Shown: positions 50,154 to 60,731 of the stretch, one piece after another
How positions within the stretch are numbered: position 1 is the first letter of the stretch
Layout of the letters: each line of letters opens with the position of its first letter
Origin: Promethearchaeota archaeon
GTDB taxonomy: Archaea; Asgardarchaeota; Lokiarchaeia; Sigyniarchaeales; SOKP01
Length of the DNA stretch: 64,000 nucleotides
Assembly (NCBI GenBank): GCA_019058445.1
Contig: JAHPZA010000006.1
Coordinates: 992,001 to 1,056,000, forward strand
Direction: 5' to 3'
The notes under the pieces: generated by a model
Seen by the model: only the letters and a program-made list of their open reading frames with translations
What the model was told of the DNA's origin: nothing
Database searches by the model: none
Translations under genes and position numbers: made by a program

Positions 50154-51620
50154 ATGCCGAGTAATTTTCTGAAGTTCTTCTCTCCGTTTGTTAGAGTTAT
50201 GCCGGAAATCAAAAATCCGCAGAGAGAAGTATCTTTCAAAGAAAAGTTTGTTTGGACTGCCATTGTACTCGTAATTTATTTGATTATGTCCAATATCCCT
50301 TTATATGGTGTTGAACTCCAAAATTCAACAGATTATTTTTATTGGCTAAGAGTAATTCTGGCAAGCCAGAGAGGAACTTTAACCGAATTGGGAATAGGAC
50401 CAATTGTGACTTCCGGATTAATCATGCAGTTGCTACTTGGTTCCAAAATGATTAATGTTGACATGAGCGACCCCTATGACCGGTCATTGTTCAGTGGAAC
50501 TCAAAAAGTCGTATCAATTTTCCTAACAGCTTTTAACACGATTGCTTATTTGCTTGGGGGAGCATTTGGACCTCCTGAGACTTTAGGGTTAGAAAATATG
50601 GTTCTCATTTTTCTCCAACTAATGTTCGCTGGAGTAATAATTGTCTTACTTGATGAGCTACTCCAAAAAGGATGGGGGCTCGGTAGTGGAGTTTCTTTGT
50701 TTATTGCTGCCGGGGTTGCGGGTCAAATCTTTTGGAACACGTTTAGCTTTATTGAAGCTCCTGATGAGGCTCGCTTGCCAAGAGGTATAATTATTGCCAT
50801 ATTTTATGTACTATTCGATGATGATCCTGACACGAATATACAGGATCTCTGGGTTCGGGGACAATTACCAAGTATATTAGGATTAATTACTACATTCATT
50901 ATTTTTTCATTAGCTGTATGGTTCGAGGCGACACGTGTGGAGATACCGTTACAATATAAAGGTTATAGAGGCTTCAAAGGTAAATATCCAATGAAATTAA
51001 TGTATGTTTCTAATATTCCAGTTATTTTAGTAAACGCTCTATATGCCAACATCCTTTTCTTTGGTCAAATCCTAGCTGGACCTGACTCACAATTGCGAGG
51101 ACAAGGATATGACTTTTGGTTGGATTTAATTGGAACATTTGAATATCAAAGTACCGGAAGTACAGGAGGATATCTTGTCCCATCTTCAGGATTGATTTAC
51201 ATTCTCTCGCCGCCTCAAGGTATAGAAGCCCTTTTGGATGATCCGTTGCGAGCAGTTATATATCTTTTTATATTGATAATACTCTGTATATATCTGGGAA
51301 AAATATGGGTCGAAGTCTCGGGTCTAGCACCTAGAGATATAGCAGATCAAATTATAGACTCAGGAATGCAAGTACCTGGTTTTAGAAGTTCTTCAAAGAT
51401 TATTGAACGTATATTAAAAAGATATATACCTACCCTTACTATTCTTAACGGGATAATAATTGCAATTTTAAGTTTCACAGCCGACAGTTTGGGTGCATTG
51501 ACATCAGGTACCGGACTTCTTATTTCGATAGGAATTACTCATCAGTATGCTGAAACGATTTCGAAAGAGGTTGCCGCTGAGCAATATCCCTCAATGAGAG
51601 GCTTCCTTGGCTTAGATTAA
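50154..51620 (+). CDS. secY: protein translocase subunit SecY/Sec61alpha
   Basis: LTELGIGPIVTSGLIMQLL, GWGLGSGVSLFI, YVSNIPVIL and GTGLL. Confidence 0.98.
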   Translation: MPSNFLKFFSPFVRVMPEIKNPQREVSFKEKFVWTAIVLVIYLIMSNIPLYGVELQNSTDYFYWLRVILASQRGTLTELGIGPIVTSGLIMQLLLGSKMINVDMSDPYDRSLFSGTQKVVSIFLTAFNTIAYLLGGAFGPPETLGLENMVLIFLQLMFAGVIIVLLDELLQKGWGLGSGVSLFIAAGVAGQIFWNTFSFIEAPDEARLPRGIIIAIFYVLFDDDPDTNIQDLWVRGQLPSILGLITTFIIFSLAVWFEATRVEIPLQYKGYRGFKGKYPMKLMYVSNIPVILVNALYANILFFGQILAGPDSQLRGQGYDFWLDLIGTFEYQSTGSTGGYLVPSSGLIYILSPPQGIEALLDDPLRAVIYLFILIILCIYLGKIWVEVSGLAPRDIADQIIDSGMQVPGFRSSSKIIERILKRYIPTLTILNGIIIAILSFTADSLGALTSGTGLLISIGITHQYAETISKEVAAEQYPSMRGFLGLD

Positions 51621-51712
51621 GGATTCGAACGTCCTAATATAAGTTTTAAATTTTTCTTTTATTTAATTGTAAATTATAATCGATCAAGATTTAGATATTA
51701 ATTCAATCAGAA

Positions 51713-52260
51713 TTAACATACATAAAAAATCAATTTGGCGAAAAAATAATATATTGGTTTAAAAAAGTAATTTTCCTTAAACATTAAATTCGTAATCAAG
51801 AATTTTTCTTGAGTTGCTTCATAATCTAAACTAATGATGCCCGAATATTTATCATACATGAATTCATCAGTGTTGAAGATAGTAAATTCTCTCTGCTCTA
51901 TATTATGCACCATAGTCTGTGAGGCAACTCCATACATGGAACCAAAAATAGGGATACCTTGTAAATATGCATATTCATCATCGGTCTGGAACTCCTCTCC
52001 TAAATCTTTGCAAGAAATCAGGTATGCTTTTATTACGGGGATGTCATATGAATGGAATGGGTGCTATATTTAGGCAATAACGGAATGTCTGAACCCTCAT
52101 CAGCCCAGATTTTAAAAATGGTATGATATTCATCCTTTAACCTGCTCTAATAGGCTTCTTCGGACACGATAATCGGGTAATCCTCATAAAATTCGGGAAT
52201 CGGGGTGTGTATATCAGAACTGGTGAACGTGAGGATCGGATAATATATTACTTTTCCAAA
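51713..52260 (-). pseudogene. probable degraded gene fragment
   Basis: Coding-like stretches (GKVIYYPILTFTSS...; SYDIPVIKAYLIS...MYGVASQ) broken by stops and frameshifts. Confidence 0.4.
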
Positions 52261-52457
52261 CTATTAAAAAAAAAGAGATAAAAATAGATCCAAGATTATC
52301 CATTTTCTGCCTTAGTCTTAAAATCAATTTTTAACCGTAAATAATCTGAAGTCTATTTACTCGATTTTATAAAGTCAATACTTTTAAAAAAGTGTAAAAA
52401 ATTTATTAAGCAAAAGTTAATATAATAACACATAAAGTTGTTTAAATTCATAAATAG

Positions 52458-53102
52458 TTGAAGGTTAATAAAATGGGTTTGTTAGTGGTCTTTCAAGATT
52501 CGGGTTGGATGAATACTCCTCCAGGTTCAATGTGGTTTATCTTATTATTATCTTTAATTATTTCTATTGTAAGTGTTATCCTTACGAAGTTATTAATTGA
52601 TACAAAAGAAATGGATAGAAAGCAAAAGCAGATAAAAGCTCATAATGAAGAGAAGAAAAAAATCATAGAACTCGCAAAGATAGATGTAGACAGATACCGT
52701 AAAGCTCGGAAAAAATGGGAAAGAAGAGATGTCATGTTGAAAAAAACCCAACAGGGGATGGCAATGGACAGAATGAAACCTACATTAATTACGTTTTTGC
52801 CCATGATCATAATTTTTGCAGTTCTGAGAGGAATTTATACGAATGCCCCTGTGGCTGCCACACCGATGAATCCTTTATTTTACGGTCTTTTACAATGGCC
52901 AATTGGTATGGGAATAGCAGATGAAAGTTTATGGATTGGCGACGCAGCTTGGCTTAATTTTACTGCATGGTATTTTATTTGTTCATTAGGTATTAATACG
53001 CTACTTCAGAGAATATTAGGATTACAAACTCAAGCCTCAGGTGGAATGGAACAAATGTTTACAGGACAACAAACTGCAACATCGGAGTTTCCAGATGTTT
53101 AA
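52458..53102 (+). CDS. EMC3/TMCO1 (DUF106) Oxa1-superfamily insertase
   Basis: TM, coiled coil, MKPTLITFLP and WYFICS; located next to secY. Confidence 0.9.
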   Translation: MKVNKMGLLVVFQDSGWMNTPPGSMWFILLLSLIISIVSVILTKLLIDTKEMDRKQKQIKAHNEEKKKIIELAKIDVDRYRKARKKWERRDVMLKKTQQGMAMDRMKPTLITFLPMIIIFAVLRGIYTNAPVAATPMNPLFYGLLQWPIGMGIADESLWIGDAAWLNFTAWYFICSLGINTLLQRILGLQTQASGGMEQMFTGQQTATSEFPDV

Positions 53103-53244
53103 TCGTCGGCAACTGCTGAATAAAATAACCTAATCAATTTTTTCTACATTATTTATTTTATATACAATAATTTTTTATGTTCAATTTTTTTTTAGATCAC
53201 CAGCATTATTGAAGAGTACCTCTTTTAAGAAACGGTGGATATAA

Positions 53245-53742
53245 ATGGATTTAAACTGGTCCGATATTAAATCAAAGACGATGTCTATTAATGATTATTT
53301 AAAGATTTTTAAAGAAAAGACCGAAATCATTAAAAATTATGAGAAATATAAACCAAAGACGAAACATCTAGAACATATTAAAGATTTTATAGCAAAAAAG
53401 CATATAAAATTGAAAATCTTGGCAATGGGAGCAGATTGGTGTCATGATTGTGCTGAACAAGTACCGAATATGATAAAAATAGTAAAAAAATTAGGAAATG
53501 AGCACATTAATATGTTTATTTTATACGGAATAAAAGTCAATGCCTTTCGAAAAAAAGGTGAAATCTTATGGGATAAGCGACATTCTCCTCCAGAAGCAGT
53601 AGATCCTAATTTTAGTTTAGACGCGATTCCCACGTTCTTCATTTTCAAAGAAAATGAACTAATTGGTCGTATTGTAGAGCATCCAAAAAAGTTTTCTACG
53701 CTTGAAAGAGATCTCTGTAATATTTTAAGGAAGTGCTTATAG
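53245..53742 (+). CDS. thioredoxin-like protein
   Basis: ADWCHDC, IPTF and GRIVEHP. Confidence 0.88.
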   Translation: MDLNWSDIKSKTMSINDYLKIFKEKTEIIKNYEKYKPKTKHLEHIKDFIAKKHIKLKILAMGADWCHDCAEQVPNMIKIVKKLGNEHINMFILYGIKVNAFRKKGEILWDKRHSPPEAVDPNFSLDAIPTFFIFKENELIGRIVEHPKKFSTLERDLCNILRKCL

Positions 53743-53945
53743 AAACTTTTTATAACCTTTTTTAAACTCATTCATAATCTACTTTCACTTAATCCATAAA
53801 TGTTTACCGATGTAACTCTCTATTTTTTTCTCTCATTAAAAGTTCTTGAAGCGAATGAGAGGATAGTTCAAATCTCAGTGAGGTTTTAATAGGCATTTTT
53901 AAAAATATAATTACTATTTGAAAGAAATTTTCTTGTTGGATTACT

Positions 53946-54110
53946 ATGGTAAGGTGTAATAAATGTAAGAAAGAAATTAAGAAAAACCAAATAAATAAGG
54001 TTTTTCAGTTAGTATTAGGGAATATGGATAACGGCAATTTTTATGGAAGTGAAATTCTCTTTTACCACGTTAAAGAATTAACTAACCCATATTCAATGAG
54101 GACGAAGTAA
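53946..54110 (+). CDS. 54-aa putative zinc-binding small protein
   Basis: Not in ORF track. MVRCNKCKKEI...FYHVKE. Confidence 0.5.
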   Translation: MVRCNKCKKEIKKNQINKVFQLVLGNMDNGNFYGSEILFYHVKELTNPYSMRTK

Positions 54111-54195
54111 ATTACCCATAACAAAATTTTTTTTTTGTTATCTTAATTTTTAAGAAAGCACTCTTTTTTCTAATGAATTATGTTAAGTATAAGAG

Positions 54196-54327
54196 CGCAA
54201 CGGGAGGGAATTTCGTATTCCAAGAAAATTGGAACAATACTTCGAACCCCCGAGTGCGAAGCACACCAGCTTTCTGGGAGAGAATTCCACTCCAAGCTGG
54301 CGCCGTACCAGGCTAGGCTACCGTTGC
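54196..54327 (-). tRNA. tRNA-Ser(GGA) with introns at 37/38 (54272-54289) and 59/60 (54210-54240)
   Basis: Acceptor GCAACGG/CCGTTGC, G73, long variable arm, anticodon stem CCAGC/GCTGG; BHB geometry at both introns. Confidence 0.92.
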
Positions 54328-54381
54328 TTAATAAATAAAAAAATAAAAATATTGTTAACTTATAGAAGTTGTTCTATAAAG

Positions 54382-54654
54382 TTATTTTAGAGGGATTGAA
54401 ACAGTTTGATTCATTATTTTAGCTTTTTTAGCTTTTTTAATGGCCGCTTCAACTGCGCTATGGTCAGCACCTTTTTGAATTTCTATTACGTCTGTCGTTG
54501 GTTCGATGTGTTTATAGTTAACTCTTCTTCGTCGAACAGTTAATCCATCGACAAGCAAATAATTTTTATCAATCACGTCAACAATGACGCAGTAGCTTCC
54601 TGCTTCGCGTCCCATGGTTTTTATACATATCCTTCCTATATCGTAAATACTCAT
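54382..54654 (-). CDS. rpl14e: ribosomal protein eL14
   Basis: IGRICIKTMGREAG and RRRVNYKHIEPT. Confidence 0.96.
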   Translation of the reverse strand: MSIYDIGRICIKTMGREAGSYCVIVDVIDKNYLLVDGLTVRRRRVNYKHIEPTTDVIEIQKGADHSAVEAAIKKAKKAKIMNQTVSIPLK

Positions 54655-54783
54655 AATTTGTCACCAAATTATTTTTAGTGAATTTATCCTTGCTGAATTT
54701 TTTAAAGAGTCCAGTAAAGATAAATGAAATATGTTAGATTAAAGAAATTAAACTAAAAATAAATTTTTTGTGATTTTCACAAA

Positions 54784-55332
54784 TTAGCTTTTTTTCAAAT
54801 TTTTATCTTTGATGATTTGAAGGAGATTTTGTAAAACTTGTTCAATAGTAAGTCCTTCAGTGCCTAGAATGATATCATGAATTTCTTTAATATTTGTAAA
54901 ATTACTTAAATCAATATTATAGAGAAGTTTAAATCGTTCTAGCTCAGATGTTTCCCTTAAAATGGTTTCTTTCATGCTTTCTTCAAATGGTCTCTCATCC
55001 CTTGAAGCGATTCTTTTCACTCGGGTTTCAAGTGGGCATGTAAGGTGTATTCTAAGATCTGCGATACCCTTAAGTAAATGTCCGCTCAATTGACTATCAA
55101 TAATTACATTTCCTTCTTTTGCAACTTCTACCACTTTATCATCTAAGGCGTTATCAATTTCAGGGTGATCTTCAACGTATTTAGTAAACTCTTCTAAGGT
55201 CATATCCATTTCGATTGCCAGATCTCGAAAAGCTTGGCCAGTTGAGTAGTATTTAATCCCAAGGGCTTCAGCAATTAATTTAGCTATAGTGGATTTACCA
55301 GTACCATGTAGACCAGAAATGCTTAAAATCAT
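54784..55332 (-). CDS. cmk: cytidylate kinase (archaeal type)
   Basis: ISGLHGTGKST and GQAFRDLA; lies between eL34 and eL14. Confidence 0.93.
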   Translation of the reverse strand: MILSISGLHGTGKSTIAKLIAEALGIKYYSTGQAFRDLAIEMDMTLEEFTKYVEDHPEIDNALDDKVVEVAKEGNVIIDSQLSGHLLKGIADLRIHLTCPLETRVKRIASRDERPFEESMKETILRETSELERFKLLYNIDLSNFTNIKEIHDIILGTEGLTIEQVLQNLLQIIKDKNLKKS

Positions 55333-55444
55333 AGGTTTAATTAATCCTTTATTGATTAAAATTATGATGATAAATATTAAATAAAAACATATAGAATCTA
55401 GTAAAATGTAATGAATTAACAGTGATATAACAAGTTTTAAAATC

Positions 55445-55714
55445 TTATTGATTCCAAATCGATTCTCTTATTAAGTTTCTAAGGCATATCGCACAATAAC
55501 GTCCACTTTCTAATCTGTTAGGTCTTCGAGACGCCTTGTTAGTGTTCCTTATTTTAGCAGGTCTAAGTCTTGGGATTGAAGAAATGGGTTTTTTACATAT
55601 AGCACAATGGCTTTTTTTAGGTTTTCTTCTGGAATAATGTGTATTATTGATATTCCCTGGCGTTCTTATTGTTTTTCGTGCTTGAGAATGGGATCTTAAA
55701 CCTGGTCGCGGCAT
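55445..55714 (-). CDS. rpl34e: ribosomal protein eL34
   Basis: MPRPGLRS, RTPG, CAIC and RRPNR. Confidence 0.95.
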   Translation of the reverse strand: MPRPGLRSHSQARKTIRTPGNINNTHYSRRKPKKSHCAICKKPISSIPRLRPAKIRNTNKASRRPNRLESGRYCAICLRNLIRESIWNQ

Positions 55715-55815
55715 AAAAATTTATACTCCATGAGGTAAACTTAATTTTAATAGAATTGTTTGCTAAAGTAATATTTCTTAAAAGAATAAACAAAATATTA
55801 ATTTTATGATTTTAC

Positions 55816-56457
55816 CTACGGATTTAGATTTAACTTGCGTTGAAATTCTTTGAAGATGTGATATAGTTTATCTCCTATAATCTCTCTAAATTTTTTATTT
55901 TTGATAAGATTTTGGGGATTTTTAATGACATGATCATAAATTTCATTAATTTCAAATCGGATCGTATCTAAACCCGGAAATCTCTTTATATTACCTTTTA
56001 ATTCTTTAAACAGTTTTAAAATTAAGTCCCTACTAGTAAGCCCTTCCAATTTTAGGGCATCCATTAAAGTAATAAAAGAAGTGGTTATTTCTGAAGTGAT
56101 TCCGGGTAATTCTAATATTGAATCCCTCAGATGATTATTAAAATGAGAGATTTTTTCACTCCCAATCTCAAGAATCTCTTCTGAAGAACTAAAATCATAG
56201 ATTTCATTAAATATTTTAACTGCTCTGTTATATTGCTCTATAAAGTTCATATAGATTAATACTTCAGAGAGGGAGATCTTTTTTTCATTAAAATATAACT
56301 TGATTTTTAAGAGCCCTTTCATTGCGTTTTTGATGGCTTTTCTAAAGAAATTCTCATTTATAATACCTTCTAGATATTTTTCATAGAGGTTATTTATTGA
56401 AGTGACTAATGCATATAATTCAGATTCTATATCAGAAAGTTTCGTATTATTGTCCAT
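55816..56457 (-). CDS. vps28: Vps28-like ESCRT-I subunit
   Basis: N-terminal SELYALVTSINNLYEKYLEGII and C-terminal SEITTSFITLMDALKL match the Vps28 conserved blocks. Confidence 0.8.
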   Translation of the reverse strand: MDNNTKLSDIESELYALVTSINNLYEKYLEGIINENFFRKAIKNAMKGLLKIKLYFNEKKISLSEVLIYMNFIEQYNRAVKIFNEIYDFSSSEEILEIGSEKISHFNNHLRDSILELPGITSEITTSFITLMDALKLEGLTSRDLILKLFKELKGNIKRFPGLDTIRFEINEIYDHVIKNPQNLIKNKKFREIIGDKLYHIFKEFQRKLNLNP

Positions 56458-56526
56458 TAATATAAGTAGTATTTTGAGATTAAAATAACAAAATATTATT
56501 TGAATATTAAGATGAAAAAGGCAAGT

Positions 56527-57480
56527 TTATATTCCAAACAAAGTAGGCCGTAAAAAGTAGAAAAATATAGAAACAATGATTCCAATCGCTAAGGACGATA
56601 CTAATACTCGAGTTGTAGATGAGTTGCTGAGTTCTCTAATACCTATTGTCATTAAAATAGGCACCCATACTGCAATTGTAATTGCATCTATCACATCTAA
56701 CACCGCCCACACAGGGGAACTGAACATCGCATTGAAAATCGAGTCATCAAACTCAGAACTATCGATATCTACCTCTACCGTAGGAAATGCGACTAGAATT
56801 ATTAGGATTTTTATAAGATTTACTAATAAGAATGGCGCAAAAGCACACATGAGCATTTTATATTTATATGCCGCTTGTTTTTGTAATAACGTGCCACTTT
56901 TATAGATACTAAATGGACTCATATCTGATTCTTTGTATTTCTCTTTTTTCTCTTTTCCAAATCGATCTTCTAATTTTTCTGAAAACCCGACAGCATAATT
57001 AGCTGCGAAAGTAAATAGCCAGATTAGAATGATATAAAAAACTGCTTGAAATAGAAAACCAAATATTAAGAAAGTTAAAAAAGTGGCAAAACCATAAGGA
57101 AATAATAAAGGTGAATAGGGATTAATGGGGTCTCCATCAATAGAAACGAATCTAAAATGAGAGAGGAAAGCCAATCCCATAAGTCCCCAAAGGATAGAGT
57201 TGAAAAGTAATATATAATAGCCTGGAGCTCGAGACCTCTTATGATTAATATCCCAGAAGGCTCGAGATGGATCTATGAAAAGGTATATGATATTTAAATA
57301 CCATGGATTGGGACTGACCCATTCGCTTTCAATTCTTTGGAAAATCTTTTGAAAATATGGAAGATTTTCGATTTTTTCAATTCTTAATCTTTTTCCACAG
57401 AAGGAACATGAAAATGCTTCAGCTCTATTTTCATTACCGCATCGAGGACATTTTATTAAGCTTTCAGCCATTTTTATCAA
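56527..57480 (-). CDS. zinc-ribbon plus Yip1-domain membrane protein
   Basis: CPRCG...CSFCG; LFIDPSRAFWDI followed by 5 TM helices. Confidence 0.75.
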   Translation of the reverse strand: MIKMAESLIKCPRCGNENRAEAFSCSFCGKRLRIEKIENLPYFQKIFQRIESEWVSPNPWYLNIIYLFIDPSRAFWDINHKRSRAPGYYILLFNSILWGLMGLAFLSHFRFVSIDGDPINPYSPLLFPYGFATFLTFLIFGFLFQAVFYIILIWLFTFAANYAVGFSEKLEDRFGKEKKEKYKESDMSPFSIYKSGTLLQKQAAYKYKMLMCAFAPFLLVNLIKILIILVAFPTVEVDIDSSEFDDSIFNAMFSSPVWAVLDVIDAITIAVWVPILMTIGIRELSNSSTTRVLVSSLAIGIIVSIFFYFLRPTLFGI

Positions 57481-57599
57481 TCCTATTTAAATCCAATAAC
57501 TAGTTTTCTAGTTTTTTAGTAATAATAACATAACACAGAATTTATTTAAAAATTGGTATTAGTTTTCAATTTTTAACATAATAATAATTCAAGATAAAC

Positions 57600-58667
57600 T
57601 TAAAAATATTCTATTATAAAGCCATTTTTTTCTTTTACAATTCTATATTCTCGATTGGCAAATAATTGAATTAATTCTAAATTAGTTCTTGTATGGCTAG
57701 TAATTTCTAGTACCTTTATACTTGAAGGCGCTCCGATATAGGCCATTAACGGGATTAGTTGATCACTGAGATAATTATCGACAGGAATATTGTGTTGAAT
57801 ATATTTTACAATTTCATTTGCAGCCATACCACCGAGTTTTTCTGAAGTTAATCCTTTTTCACCTAATAGAGTTCCTGTAGAGATTATGGCCCCTGTATCA
57901 GATTCTGACCACAAGGAGAGCCCAATTCCAGGACTTGTTGAATTTACCCAGGAATATTTGATGTCTGTATCAATCCTTAATTTTCTTTTAAGTGATTGAT
58001 TTATTGCTTTTCTAATCCTTACAGCAATATTATCTCTGTTACGCCTTAATTGGTTGGTAATTATTATTTCACCTCGGATAAGATCTACATCCCCTAATTC
58101 AGTTAAATTCAAAGCTTTTAATTTTATATTTGGAGGTTTTATCCTACATTTAACTCGAGCTCCGCCTTTCGGATACCACCCGTGTTTTTGAATATCGATA
58201 TCAATCATAAGCCCAGCTTTAGCAAAAATGGGATAAGTGACTTTTTGAAGATAATTCAAACTAGGTGCCCATTTTCCAAAAGTTCCACCTCCACTAAGAG
58301 ATATTTCAATTTGCCCAGTCTCTCTTAAACATAAGCTTGCTATTTGGATGGGTTGAAGTAGCAAACCTATACTGGCAGCTGTGCTAATATTTAAATGAAT
58401 ATCTCTCTTCGCATTTTTTTTAGGAATAAATGACAATTCGGTAGTGCCTACTTTACAATTACTTAGAGTACTATTGGTTAATTCTGATAACGTTTCTAGT
58501 CCCAGGAGATGCTGTAATCGTAATCCTGGTTTAGGACGATTCGCGCGTATATTCTTGATTTTGATGGGGATATTGAATAAAATAGAACATCCTGCAGATA
58601 ATCGCAATATGGCTCCCCCTCCCTCACCAAAAGCACCATCAATTTCTAAAAATGTCGTATCATTCAT
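57600..58667 (-). CDS. rtcA: RNA 3'-terminal phosphate cyclase
   Basis: IDGAFGEGGG..LR, RPKPGL..QH, GWYPKGG, YLSDQL and SHTRTN. Confidence 0.95.
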   Translation of the reverse strand: MNDTTFLEIDGAFGEGGGAILRLSAGCSILFNIPIKIKNIRANRPKPGLRLQHLLGLETLSELTNSTLSNCKVGTTELSFIPKKNAKRDIHLNISTAASIGLLLQPIQIASLCLRETGQIEISLSGGGTFGKWAPSLNYLQKVTYPIFAKAGLMIDIDIQKHGWYPKGGARVKCRIKPPNIKLKALNLTELGDVDLIRGEIIITNQLRRNRDNIAVRIRKAINQSLKRKLRIDTDIKYSWVNSTSPGIGLSLWSESDTGAIISTGTLLGEKGLTSEKLGGMAANEIVKYIQHNIPVDNYLSDQLIPLMAYIGAPSSIKVLEITSHTRTNLELIQLFANREYRIVKEKNGFIIEYF

Positions 58668-59809
58668 GCCTCTTCCCGGATTTCATATAACGTTTGTATT
58701 CTTTCAATGCCCTTAAATTTTATCATCAAATTAGCGACTTCTTTTGGAACTAAACTGGTCCAATTTTTCTTTTCTTTACTAATTAGTTTTCTTACATTAC
58801 TGGCATTATATTTCTTTTTAAATATTCCCAATTTTTTGCCAACTAAATAACCTTTATTTTGAAATAATTGTCGTACCCAATCGCTATTTGAATAAATCAC
58901 ATCAAAATCTCCTACTATCGAAACCACATGATCTACCCATTTTTGAGCATTAAATATATCAGGAATTTCATAGATTTTATATCTATTTTTAGAAATTTTT
59001 CTTTTTTCAAAAGCACTGGTAATGAATTTGATTCGTTCTTCGCTGGTGAAAGGATCATTTTTGGTTTTTGATAACTGTGAACTACCTATTCCTATCTTCA
59101 GTTTTTTATGCGATTCTAAAATCCTATATATTACATAGATATGTCCGTGGTGTAAGGGCTGAAATCGCCCTATAAATAAGGCAATATCTTGAGAACCATT
59201 CATTTTTAAATTTTGATTATTTTTAAAAAGAGAAATAATGTCTTTTTGTATTAAATAATTCCAGATCTCTTTTGAATAATCTACAGAATTTTTATTACTA
59301 AGTATGTTTTTAAGCTCTTTCTTGGAATAAAATCTACTTCCATTAACTTCCAACTCTTTAGAATCAGGATTCAATTTCACACCATAATCAACAAGTCCCA
59401 AAAAAATATAAGCTATCTCCGTAGTAAGATTATCTTGTTCTGTACTTAATTTATGAAAAATGATATTTTTTATGCTATTTGGGGTGATGCCAAATTCCTC
59501 TTCGAGCTCCCTAATTGCATTTTCTTTTATATCATTAAGTTCCAAATTTGGACTGTAAATTACATGTCCTGAGGCAGAATCCGTAAAATATTCGGGATAA
59601 CTCTTTTTGTTTTTTCCCCTTTTTTGGACGAGATACATGATTTCATTGTCCGGTGTAATTGCCATTATAAAGAAACGTATTATCAAATGACTTATTTGCC
59701 TTTTATGTGCTTCAGATCTTTCTAATGGAAAAATATATTTCGATATCTGCCCTGAATGTAAATATTTAATATTATTATCCTCAATGCAGGCTAAAATCTC
59801 TTTTTCCAT
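58664..59809 (-). CDS. Nudix domain fused to NMN adenylyltransferase (NadM)
   Basis: SASGHV...AIRELEEEFG Nudix box; FIGRFQPLHHGH and NDPFTSEER. Confidence 0.9.
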   Translation of the reverse strand: MEKEILACIEDNNIKYLHSGQISKYIFPLERSEAHKRQISHLIIRFFIMAITPDNEIMYLVQKRGKNKKSYPEYFTDSASGHVIYSPNLELNDIKENAIRELEEEFGITPNSIKNIIFHKLSTEQDNLTTEIAYIFLGLVDYGVKLNPDSKELEVNGSRFYSKKELKNILSNKNSVDYSKEIWNYLIQKDIISLFKNNQNLKMNGSQDIALFIGRFQPLHHGHIYVIYRILESHKKLKIGIGSSQLSKTKNDPFTSEERIKFITSAFEKRKISKNRYKIYEIPDIFNAQKWVDHVVSIVGDFDVIYSNSDWVRQLFQNKGYLVGKKLGIFKKKYNASNVRKLISKEKKNWTSLVPKEVANLMIKFKGIERIQTLYEIREEA

Positions 59810-59834
59810 TTTTTATTCCTCTATCCTTTAAACC

Positions 59835-60689
59835 TTACTTTTCTAAAATTATAGTAATGAGATCTCCTAATTTAAAACCTATTTGCTCTGCTGCATTTCC
59901 TTGATTAATAGCAATTTCGAGATACCCACTCGATCCTTTCATAAATAAAAATGACCCCTTGGGCACTTTAGTGAAGTGAGAAGAATAGGTCCCTTCATAC
60001 TCTTGATTATTAAGTGTCATTTTAAGGGTATCTCCTTGCTTGATTTTGAGGGATGTTCCAGTAATAGTCTCATTTTCCAGAGGAATATTCGTAGTCCCAT
60101 TCCCAAAAGAATCTATATACTGTATAGTACAATTAATTAGCTTTTTATCTTCTAAAACCTCAAATAAAATGGTATAGTCTATAAAATTATCTGGATCGAA
60201 TGGTTCTCCAAAATTTCTCAAAGGAACGCCATTTACAATATGAGCTCCTACAGGTGCCATTATATCCCTTCCATGAAACGTATTGGAAACCGGCTTAATA
60301 AAGTAATTCTCATTAGTAACTATTACACATTCTTTAATATCAGTTTTGTTAAATAAATTAAAAAAGATTCCATTGTTGGGACCCACAAAGAAAAAATTTG
60401 ATGCAGTTTCAAAAGCTAAAATCTCTCTTGAACTTCCAACTCCGGGATCTACAACTATAATAAACACAGTATATTCTGGAAAATATTTATACGTTGCCTT
60501 TATTAAATATGACGCTTCTAAAATGGAATAGGAAGAGATATTATGGGAGATATCAATTATTTTAATATTGGGATTGATTTTCAGTATAACTCCTTTCATA
60601 CTCGCAATATAATGCTGACCTAAGGGACCAAAATCTGTTAAAAGAGCAACAACATCTTGATATAATTCAGTCACGATCTCATCAAACAC
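59835..60689 (-). CDS. SAM hydroxide adenosyltransferase (DUF62)
   Basis: LLTDFG, VVDPGVG, TFHGRDI, DSFGN and LEIAINQG. Confidence 0.93.
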   Translation of the reverse strand: MFDEIVTELYQDVVALLTDFGPLGQHYIASMKGVILKINPNIKIIDISHNISSYSILEASYLIKATYKYFPEYTVFIIVVDPGVGSSREILAFETASNFFFVGPNNGIFFNLFNKTDIKECVIVTNENYFIKPVSNTFHGRDIMAPVGAHIVNGVPLRNFGEPFDPDNFIDYTILFEVLEDKKLINCTIQYIDSFGNGTTNIPLENETITGTSLKIKQGDTLKMTLNNQEYEGTYSSHFTKVPKGSFLFMKGSSGYLEIAINQGNAAEQIGFKLGDLITIILEK

Positions 60690-60731
60690 AATTAATTAAA
60701 TTTAGAAATAAAAAAGTGATAGGTTAGAAAT

